Source: Methylotenera sp. (GTDB taxonomy: Bacteria > Pseudomonadota > Gammaproteobacteria > Burkholderiales > Methylophilaceae). Taken from it: a stretch of 64,000 bases of DNA. Below are positions 28,905-36,153 of this stretch, one piece after another. Location: positions 6,965-70,964 of the forward strand of contig JAQTXW010000002.1 in the NCBI GenBank assembly GCA_028688575.1, read 5' to 3'. The position numbers were made by a program, and so were the translations under genes. The notes beneath the pieces were generated by a model. That model saw nothing but the letters and a program-made list of their open reading frames with translations, did not search any database and had not been told where the DNA came from. How positions within the stretch are numbered: the first letter of the stretch is position 1; each line of letters begins with the position of its first letter.

Positions 28905-29510
28905 TTACAAATCGATGCCAGGCTGCGCTTTAATCCCCGCACGCCAGGCATGTTTAACATCCATGATCTCACTCACGGTATCTGCGGCATCAATCAAGGC
29001 TTGAGGCGCGGCGCGGCCTGTAATCACAACGTGTTGCATGGGCGGGCGGGCGGCGATATCTGCCAGTATCTGCGCTGTGTCAAGGTAGCCGTATTTCATG
29101 GTGTAGGTCAGTTCATCCAGAATCACAAGGCCGATTTCTGAGTTGCTCAACATTTTTTGCGCAATCTTCCACCCTGCTTGAGCCGTACTGATGTCGCGCT
29201 CGCGGTCTTGGGTATCCCAGGTAAACCCCTCACCCAGCACATGCCATTCAACATTGGGCTGGCGGCTAAAGAAACCTTCTTCACCAGTATCTTTGCGGCT
29301 TTTGATAAACTGGGCTACGCCCACTTTTATGCCGTAGCCCAATGCGCGTGCCACCATGCCAAAAGCCGATGAGCTTTTACCCTTGCCATTGCCAGTGAGC
29401 ACGAGCAATAAGCCTTTTTCCTGATTGGCTTGTTCAATCGCCGCATCAATGACTGCTTTTTTACGCGCCATGCGCGCAGCATGACGTGCGTTTTTGTCTT
29501 CAGCGCTCAT
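28905..29510 (-). CDS. cobO: Cob(I)yrinic acid a,c-diamide adenosyltransferase
   Basis: GNGKGKSS P-loop, VAQFIK, LDELTY, VITGR. Confidence 0.93.
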   Translation of the reverse strand: MSAEDKNARHAARMARKKAVIDAAIEQANQEKGLLLVLTGNGKGKSSSAFGMVARALGYGIKVGVAQFIKSRKDTGEEGFFSRQPNVEWHVLGEGFTWDTQDRERDISTAQAGWKIAQKMLSNSEIGLVILDELTYTMKYGYLDTAQILADIAARPPMQHVVITGRAAPQALIDAADTVSEIMDVKHAWRAGIKAQPGIDL

Positions 29511-30080
29511 TTAAGCTTCAACACGATTTACACGGTTTGCTAGCACAAAAGCTAAGTGAGTGATGAGCGCAACACCTAACCAGAACCCAATGTTTTCTAA
29601 CTGATGGGGGAAGTATTTCATCAAGCGCTCACCGAATACTGATAATGTTGGATCTGGGTAGCGGCCACCGAAGAAATAAAAGCCGCCACTAGAAAAGAGT
29701 TCACTGATAGGTGCTGCGACGGCAACACTGCCGACCAATGGTAGCAGCGCATTAAAACCAAAGCTATAGCGTTTTGCAAACCAGCGGCCTGCCAACCACA
29801 TCGTGCCATAAGCGGGCAATAAAAAGCCGTAAGCCGGGGTCACGCAGAAGTTGCTCACGCCTTGAAAATAAACAGAGTAAAGGTCTAAACCTGTACATAA
29901 AGCCAGTAACGCCGGAAACATCATCGCCGGACGCAAGTACAAACCCGCTAGAAAAAATACAGCAAGTGATGCGCTTGGCAGGGCATTAATTGAAGCAAAG
30001 TGGTGCCCGCGTGTGGCAATGATCAGGCCAGAAAGTACGATGCCGATGAGTATTTGGTGGGTTCTAGAAAGGGTTAACAT
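29511..30080 (-). CDS. btuM: BtuM-like solitary (ECF S-component-like) vitamin B12 transporter
   Basis: 189 aa, about 6 TM helices, strong GGAGG RBS 9 nt upstream. Sits between btuB and cobO. His26/His27 and Cys79 are close to the His28/Cys80 positions I recall for Thiobacillus denitrificans BtuM. Confidence 0.5.
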   Translation of the reverse strand: MLTLSRTHQILIGIVLSGLIIATRGHHFASINALPSASLAVFFLAGLYLRPAMMFPALLALCTGLDLYSVYFQGVSNFCVTPAYGFLLPAYGTMWLAGRWFAKRYSFGFNALLPLVGSVAVAAPISELFSSGGFYFFGGRYPDPTLSVFGERLMKYFPHQLENIGFWLGVALITHLAFVLANRVNRVEA

Positions 30081-30160
30081 GGTAGTTAGCCTCCATTAAG
30101 TTGATAAAATTGTTGAGTGTGATTTTAGCTTAAATAATTAGATTATTAGTCATAATTTAA

Positions 30161-30193
30161 TTTGAGATTGCAGACTAGGCATGCAATCTCAAA
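30161..30193 (-). terminator. Perfect 12-bp hairpin 8 nt after the btuB stop (possible terminator or attenuator)
   Basis: TTTGAGATTGCA (30161..30172) and TGCAATCTCAAA (30182..30193) with a 9-nt loop. On the minus strand it is followed by the A/U-rich UUAAAUUAU rather than a clean U tract. Confidence 0.4.
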
Positions 30194-30201
30194 CATATCA
30201 A

Positions 30202-32058
30202 TCACTTCATATCGTAACGTAAACCTATAAATAAATTGCTGCCAGCCGTGTTGTAGGCTGCCGAAGTTGCCGAGTTTCCTGTATAGGCGATCACGTAGTT
30301 CTTATCGAGTATATTATTGGCGCGCGCTTGCAGTTTCCATTCGGGTGAAATACGATAATTTGCGGTAAGGTTAACTAGACTGTAGCCCTGCATCACCTTC
30401 GTGTTGGCTGCATTATTGTAGCGTGTAGATGCACCTGTGACCTCTGCGCCCCACTCAAAATCGCCTAATTGATGAATGAGGCTAATCTTTCCGTAACGGT
30501 TGCCACGGCGCACTAACAACTGCTCGGTATCATCGTTGCGCGGCGATTGCACGGTTAGATTGCCAGCCAATAGCAAGTTTTCATTGATCTGCCAACCACC
30601 CTCAAAAGTTGCACCCTGAATTTTAACCTTGCCAACATTCACAGGGCAGAAGCCACCCAAAGTGCAGCCTGTCGTGGCCGCACCTGAAAACTCAATTAAA
30701 TTTCTAATCTTATTTTCAAACACAGCAATGCCCGCGCTTAGTTCTGGGCCACTATATTTAAGGCTGGCTTCAATATTCTCTGATTTTTCTGGGCTTAAAC
30801 TTGGGTCGCCAAAGTTGGGAAAATAAAGTTGGTTAAAGGTAGGGGCTTTAAATGCCTTGCCATAGCTTGCTGATATGCGCCATTCAGGTGTGATGTGATA
30901 ACCGTAGCCAATACCCCCCGTTGTGTTGTTGCCATATTGCGTATTATGGTCTTCACGCAGTGAGAGTTGCATGGCGTGATTACCAATGTCCGCAACATAG
31001 CCTGCAAAAAAACTATCGTTGTTGCGTTCTTTTTTAATACTGGTGATGTTGTTGGATTTACTTTTTCCATCTTGCTCTAAACGGTCGTATGCTAATGTCA
31101 CGGTGCCCAAGGGTAACTTAAAATCATTTTGCCAGGATAGTTGAAGTTGCTCAGTACGGAATTTGCTCAGGCTGGTTGGGCTGCTGTGGCTGTCAGAGTC
31201 ATCTACCCCCATACCCAGTTTAAAGGTGCTGTGCCAATTACTCAAAAATTGATTTTTGCTGGTAAAAGCATAGCTTTGTAGCGTTTGCTCGCCAAAATTT
31301 TCAAATTTGTTATCAAATTCGGCGTGGCCTTTACTCTCAAAAAACTGCAAACCCCACGTGTGCCCCTGGGCCAGCTCTAATTCGACAAAGGTCGATATGC
31401 TGAGGTTGTAATAGCTATCATCATCTTTGTCTTTGCCTGTGCGTATGCGTTTGGCAGAAAAACTGTCGGTATCGAAGCTGCTGATATTGATGCCATATTT
31501 AAGCGCGCTCACGCTGCCGCTTATACCCGCTTCTGCGGTTTTGGTGTCATAGCTGCCTAAACCCACTGCAGCATGCGCCAGCACTTTGTCCGCATCAGCT
31601 TTGCGTGTAAAAATCTGAATGACACCACCGATCGCATCCGCACCATAAAGGCTGGAAGCTGGCCCGCGCAGAATTTCAATTCTTTCAATTTGCCCGAGTG
31701 GAATGTTTTCAAAAGAAGTGGTGCCTAGTGTGGCAGAGTTGATGCGTAGGCCATCGACTAACACCACCACATGGTCAGCATTAGTGCCACGTAGAAACAC
31801 GCTACTGCCAGTGCCCGCGCCGCCGTTAGTGCTAATTTGCACCCCAGGCTGCATGCGTAACACATCGGTTAGAGAGCCCGCACCTGCGAGTTCGATTTCT
31901 TCACGATCAATCACAGTTACATCGCCAACAACGCTGGTGCGCGCTTGTTGCGTACGGCTAGCAGTAACGACTACATCTTCTAAATTGATATTTTCTGCCG
32001 CAACAATCGGGCTGGTAAATGCCAGACTAATAGCGCTGGCAATGATGGTTTTTTTCAT
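30202..32058 (-). CDS. btuB: TonB-dependent vitamin B12 receptor
   Basis: Signal peptide from ATG 32058 (MKKTIIASAISLAF), TonB box (EDVVVTASR), plug and 22-strand barrel pattern, terminal aromatic motif (GLRYDMK region). Cobalamin riboswitch upstream. Confidence 0.9.
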   Translation of the reverse strand: MKKTIIASAISLAFTSPIVAAENINLEDVVVTASRTQQARTSVVGDVTVIDREEIELAGAGSLTDVLRMQPGVQISTNGGAGTGSSVFLRGTNADHVVVLVDGLRINSATLGTTSFENIPLGQIERIEILRGPASSLYGADAIGGVIQIFTRKADADKVLAHAAVGLGSYDTKTAEAGISGSVSALKYGINISSFDTDSFSAKRIRTGKDKDDDSYYNLSISTFVELELAQGHTWGLQFFESKGHAEFDNKFENFGEQTLQSYAFTSKNQFLSNWHSTFKLGMGVDDSDSHSSPTSLSKFRTEQLQLSWQNDFKLPLGTVTLAYDRLEQDGKSKSNNITSIKKERNNDSFFAGYVADIGNHAMQLSLREDHNTQYGNNTTGGIGYGYHITPEWRISASYGKAFKAPTFNQLYFPNFGDPSLSPEKSENIEASLKYSGPELSAGIAVFENKIRNLIEFSGAATTGCTLGGFCPVNVGKVKIQGATFEGGWQINENLLLAGNLTVQSPRNDDTEQLLVRRGNRYGKISLIHQLGDFEWGAEVTGASTRYNNAANTKVMQGYSLVNLTANYRISPEWKLQARANNILDKNYVIAYTGNSATSAAYNTAGSNLFIGLRYDMK

Positions 32059-32199
32059 TATCTTTTCCCTATAACATGCGACCCCGCATGTGGATTCATA
32101 GAACCAGGGAATATCGAGGAGTTGAAATAAAAAAAGAAAGCGCGATGGATATCGTGATGCGATGGCGCAGCCTTTCATTACCGTCACCCCGCGGTATTT

Positions 32200-32460
32200 C
32201 CTAGCTTGCCTTGAGATAAGGCATATATTGCGAGGCCGGTCTCCGGGCTTGTGAGCTTTGGATTTGACTTAACCCATGCGTTTTGCGCCTTCCCAAATCC
32301 TGCCTTATTCAAGGTTTTGATCCAGTGGCTTACTGCAAAACTACACTCACTTACCGTTGCGGGGGCAGCATAGGCATTGTTTTAACTATGACAGCGATAG
32401 TTCTAACGCACCTATTTCCCAGTTTCACTTTGTGTGTGACAAACAAACAAAGCACCTAGC
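32200..32460 (-). promoter_or_regulatory. Cobalamin riboswitch in the btuB leader
   Basis: Minus-strand motifs in canonical order: GGGAAAUAGGUGCG (32407..32420), CUGCCCCCGCAACGGUAAG (32350..32368), GCCACUGG (32322..32329), GGGAAGGCGC (32285..32294), and B12 box AAGCCCGGAGACCGGCCUCG (32231..32250). TATAAT at 32470..32475. Downstream, UUCCCU (32106..32111) can pair with the AGGGAA RBS (32065..32070). Confidence 0.9.
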
Positions 32461-32560
32461 AATGGGCGAATTATAACTTCTTTAGTTTTTTAATAGGTAG
32501 TACTACGCAAAAAATATTTGTGTAACATAGAGTAATACTTTGAAAAATCATTGTTACCTA

Positions 32561-32590
32561 TTGACTATAATCAAATTTTTAAATTATAGT
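32561..32590 (+). promoter_or_regulatory. Candidate sigma70 promoter placed for a leaderless zapB-like transcript
   Basis: TTGACT (32561..32566), 18-nt spacer, TATAGT (32585..32590). The ATG at 32597 is 7 nt after the -10 element and has no SD. Confidence 0.35.
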
Positions 32591-32596
32591 GAACGC

Positions 32597-32785
32597 ATGG
32601 ATGCAGATTTGAAAGTCTTGGAAGAAAAACTCGCGAAGTTGCTCGCGCTATATGGCGATGTGCGTGTGGAAAATGAAAAATTGCGCCAAAGTTTGAGCGT
32701 GATGGAATCTGACACGGCTTTATTAAAAGCCAATATGGCGCAAGCCAGTGCGCGTATAGAGGCGTTAATGCAGCGCTTGCCTTAG
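32597..32785 (+). CDS. ZapB-like coiled-coil protein (TIGR02449-type, usually upstream of zapA)
   Basis: 62-aa heptad-rich product (MDADLKVLEEKLAKLLALYGDVRVENEKLRQ...) just upstream of zapA. The ORF-track start at 32540 is a TTG extension. Confidence 0.7.
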   Translation: MDADLKVLEEKLAKLLALYGDVRVENEKLRQSLSVMESDTALLKANMAQASARIEALMQRLP

Positions 32786-32812
32786 GCCCATTAAAATTTT
32801 GAGTATAAAACG

Positions 32813-33106
32813 ATGAGTGAAATTAAGGGAGTAGATGTCAATATCATGGGGCGTGACTTTACCGTCTCGTGCACAGATGAAGAGCGCCCTGGACTCATTA
32901 ATGCGGTTAATTATCTTGATAAAAAAATGCGCGATATCCGTGACGGTGGCAAAGTGGTTGGGGTAGAACGTATTGCGATGATGGCTGCACTCAACCTATC
33001 GCATGAATTGCTAAACAGTAAAAGCGGTAATATTGATGTGGGTGACATCAAGCGCAGAATTTTCTTGATGCAGGATCAAATCGAACAAGCAATTGCGACT
33101 GAATAA
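32813..33106 (+). CDS. zapA: Cell division protein ZapA
   Basis: 97 aa: VNIMGRDFTVSC...ERIAMMAALNLSHEL. Confidence 0.88.
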   Translation: MSEIKGVDVNIMGRDFTVSCTDEERPGLINAVNYLDKKMRDIRDGGKVVGVERIAMMAALNLSHELLNSKSGNIDVGDIKRRIFLMQDQIEQAIATE

Positions 33107-33174
33107 GATAGTGCCTGTTGCATAAACAATTGTTTTAAAACTTCACCAAGTTACTTCGTGTTACGCGCATTTAT

Positions 33175-33693
33175 TTATTCAGAACTTTTTCCATTTTGAG
33201 TTTGCTGAAGTATGGCATTGGCAATCAAGCCATTCACCACACCAAAAAATAAAGCGGCCATTGCAAATAGCGGAATTAAATAACTCACGCCAGCATGCGG
33301 AATAAGCCATAAGCGCACCACTAGCAGTTGCCCTGCAATATGCGCAAATGCAGCGATGACACTTAGGCTGACTGCACTGAATAAGCGTTTGGGCAGTGTT
33401 GCTGCCAACCCTAGTGCAACTAAGCTACATAATGCCCCACTTAAACTTAGAATAAATGTAGGGGACAAAAACTGCCCGAGTAGTAAACTGCTGGCAAATA
33501 CACGCAGAATACTGACCCAGGCAGCGGTGGTAAAATCAAATTGATACAGCACATAAAGTGTAACAATATTGGCAATACCAGGCTTAACACCAGGGATTGG
33601 CGATGGAATCACGGCTTCTATCATGTGCAGGGCAATAGCGAGCGCTGCCAATTTGGCAATCTGGTGATCGTGCTGTGTTGTTTGGATTTGCAT
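33175..33693 (-). CDS. Gx transporter family protein (Hpre_diP_synt_I-type membrane protein)
   Basis: 172 aa, 5-6 TM helices, N-terminal LAALAIALHMIEAVIPSPIPGVKPGIANIVTL pattern typical of this family. Confidence 0.7.
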   Translation of the reverse strand: MQIQTTQHDHQIAKLAALAIALHMIEAVIPSPIPGVKPGIANIVTLYVLYQFDFTTAAWVSILRVFASSLLLGQFLSPTFILSLSGALCSLVALGLAATLPKRLFSAVSLSVIAAFAHIAGQLLVVRLWLIPHAGVSYLIPLFAMAALFFGVVNGLIANAILQQTQNGKSSE

Positions 33694-33716
33694 GCCATCA
33701 AACCATTAAAAATGGT

Positions 33717-34121
33717 TTAGTAGTTAAGAGAATCATAGGGCTTGTTTTCACCAATTAACTCCAGGCTTACTTGGTTGGGTAGGCAAATGGCGGCCTGGCC
33801 TGCGCGAACAAGCCAGCCTTGGTGTACACAATACTGGTTATGACAAGGTGATTTGGAAAACCGTACTTTGCCTTGTGCGATACTAATCACAGAGGTCCCT
33901 ATTACGCCTTGAATAGAAATATCACGATTTTGATTTAGGCTGTATGTGCCATAAATTTTGTCGCTAAGTCGCACTTGCACCTTGGTTGCACGTTCAGTTG
34001 TCCAGAGTGTTTGAAATAATAAAAAAATGATGGCTAAGCTAAAAGTAATGATGAGCCAGTCACCGATACGTAATTGCTGGTAGATGGCTTTGCTACGGTG
34101 TAATAAATTTGACATGCGCAT
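33717..34121 (-). CDS. NusG domain II-containing membrane-anchored protein (DUF1312)
   Basis: N-terminal TM, then a beta-rich domain with PCHNQYCVHQGW and AICLPN motifs. Overlaps the apbE 3' end. Confidence 0.7.
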   Translation of the reverse strand: MRMSNLLHRSKAIYQQLRIGDWLIITFSLAIIFLLFQTLWTTERATKVQVRLSDKIYGTYSLNQNRDISIQGVIGTSVISIAQGKVRFSKSPCHNQYCVHQGWLVRAGQAAICLPNQVSLELIGENKPYDSLNY

Positions 34122-35196
34122 TACGCTTAAATTTTTCGTCTAACCATTCAATTTTCTGTGCCATGTTCTTAGTGATGAGGACATTGGCATTCTGATCAAT
34201 CACCATGTAATGTGTTATTCCCAATAATTCGGCCGCATGGCTTTTCTTATCTTCAGTTTCTATGAAAATCGGTTTTGAGGCAACATCTGAAAGAACGCCT
34301 GCATGAGGTTGAGGGGGGATGAGCACCGTCACTGCCTGTGTGTGTTGCACTGGGTAGCCTGTACGTGGATCAATAATGTGACAGTAACGCTTGCCATCCA
34401 GCATGAAGTAGCGTTGGTAGTCGCCAGAAGTGCCGATGGCCCAGCCATCATGCAAATCCAGCGTGGCAATAGCAGCAGGTTGGCGCGGGTGCTGAATTCC
34501 CACCCGCCAGGGTTTGCTACCATGCTGACCTATAGCGATAATATTGCCGCCTATATTGATCAGCGCATGTTGGACCTGTTGCGCACGTAGAAACTGCACC
34601 GCCAGATCCAGTGCATAGCCTTTGGCGTAACCGCCAAGATCTAATTTTATCCATGGATTTTTGCTATAAACCTCGCCATTTTGGAGGCTAATGTCTGACA
34701 TGCTGGGGTTGGCTTTTACCAATGCCTGGATTTGTTCAGCATCTATTTTGCTTACGCCAAAATTATCTTGCTGAAAGCCCCAAGTGCTGATTAAGTGACC
34801 AATGGCAGGATTAAATAGTCCTTCCGAGCGGATGGACAGGGCCTGGGCATCAGATAATAACTTGGTCAGTAACGGGCTGATTTTCACTGGCTGGTGTGAC
34901 GTGGAAAAAGCCGTATTCACGCGAATGAGTTCGCTGGCGCTATCTTGACGGGTTTGATGGCCGAGGTTATTTTTCCACGCGTGCAGTTGATGATGCAGTT
35001 GCTGAAAGTCTTGCAGTATCTGGTTAGCTAAGGCGCTGGCGTGCGCATCGGATTCACCATAAATACTGATATCTACCAGTGTGCCAAAAACATAACTTTG
35101 TGCGTGATAGAGCGGCTCTTTATTGGCATTGATGGCTATTGCTGTGATTGCCATGAGGGCGAGTATGGCTAAGGTAAGTAGGCTTTTTTTACGCAT
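34093..35196 (-). CDS. apbE: FAD:protein FMN transferase
   Basis: Signal peptide, FNPAIG, DLGGYAKGYA, INIGGN, GTSGDYQRYF, HIIDPRTG motifs. Confidence 0.9.
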   Translation of the reverse strand: MRKKSLLTLAILALMAITAIAINANKEPLYHAQSYVFGTLVDISIYGESDAHASALANQILQDFQQLHHQLHAWKNNLGHQTRQDSASELIRVNTAFSTSHQPVKISPLLTKLLSDAQALSIRSEGLFNPAIGHLISTWGFQQDNFGVSKIDAEQIQALVKANPSMSDISLQNGEVYSKNPWIKLDLGGYAKGYALDLAVQFLRAQQVQHALINIGGNIIAIGQHGSKPWRVGIQHPRQPAAIATLDLHDGWAIGTSGDYQRYFMLDGKRYCHIIDPRTGYPVQHTQAVTVLIPPQPHAGVLSDVASKPIFIETEDKKSHAAELLGITHYMVIDQNANVLITKNMAQKIEWLDEKFKRNAHVKFITP

Positions 35197-35208
35197 CTTT
35201 TGTGCGAC

Positions 35209-36141
35209 CTACTGGCGGCACTGCTCCAGCGCAGACATCAATACGCCGGCGGGATTGCAATCAGTTTGGGCGGCAATTTCAACCATGCCTGTGGGGCTGG
35301 TGACATTGATTTCAGTGAGGTGTTCGCCGATGACATCTAGCCCCACCAGAAATAAACCTTCCTGTTTCAGGGTGGTGCCCACAGTGCATGCTATTTCATA
35401 ATCGCGGTCGGATAGCCTCTGCGCAACCCCTGTGCCACCTGCGGCAAGATTGCCTCGGGTTTCGCCTGCCAGCGGTATGCGCGCCAAGGTGTAAGGTAGC
35501 GGTATGCCATCAATGACAATGATTCGTTTGTCACCCTGGGCAATGGCAGGCAGGTAGCGCTGCGCCATAATGGTGTGCGAACCAAACTGTGTAATGGATT
35601 CTAAAATTACGCTGATGTTGGGGTCGTTTAAAGTGAGCCTGAAAATATTGCTGCCCCCCATGCCATCAAGTGGCTTGACAATAATGTCTTGATGCTCGGT
35701 TAAGAACTCGCGAATTAACTGATGATTGGCTGTGACAATAAACTCTGGGCTAAATTGAGGGAAGCGCGCAACGGACAGTTTTTCGTTCCAGCTACGCAGT
35801 GCCACGGGGTTGTTATAGACTTTAGCGCCTTGTGTGACGGCTATTTCTAACAAGTACGTGCTGTATAGATATTCATTATCAAACGGTGGATCCTTACGCA
35901 TGATGATGGCATCAAATGCGCTCGGTAGCGATTCAAATGCAGGCTCAAGGATAAAGCCTTCAGGCGTGAAATTAAATTTTTGCGCTTTTATCCTGGCGAG
36001 ATTGCCGCGCAGGAAAACATCGTGCTGCATGGAAACAAATAATTCGTGACCACGTTTGTTAGCCTCACGCATGATCGCAAGGCTGGTGTCTTTTTGAGTT
36101 TTCAGGCTGGCTAATGGGTCAAGAATAAAGTTGATTTTCAT
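35209..36141 (-). CDS. gshB: Glutathione synthetase
   Basis: MKINFILDP..., ATP-grasp motifs (IVKPLDGMGG, EGDKRIIVIDG, NLAAGG, GLDVIG). ATG at 36141; 36147 is GTG. Confidence 0.93.
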   Translation of the reverse strand: MKINFILDPLASLKTQKDTSLAIMREANKRGHELFVSMQHDVFLRGNLARIKAQKFNFTPEGFILEPAFESLPSAFDAIIMRKDPPFDNEYLYSTYLLEIAVTQGAKVYNNPVALRSWNEKLSVARFPQFSPEFIVTANHQLIREFLTEHQDIIVKPLDGMGGSNIFRLTLNDPNISVILESITQFGSHTIMAQRYLPAIAQGDKRIIVIDGIPLPYTLARIPLAGETRGNLAAGGTGVAQRLSDRDYEIACTVGTTLKQEGLFLVGLDVIGEHLTEINVTSPTGMVEIAAQTDCNPAGVLMSALEQCRQ

Positions 36142-36153
36142 AATCACAAAGTG

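Noticed and set aside
32059-32187. 43-codon N-terminal extension of the btuB ORF (MTVMKGCAIAS...)
   Set aside because: The extension lies inside the riboswitch expression platform. The ATG at 32058 is followed by a canonical signal peptide and is preceded by the AGGGAA RBS.
33107-33174. Expected 6S RNA (ssrS) downstream of zapA, as in E. coli and many proteobacteria
   Set aside because: Only 68 nt separate the zapA stop from the convergent Gx gene stop, which is far too short for a 6S RNA of about 180 nt. No 6S-like extended hairpin is visible either.
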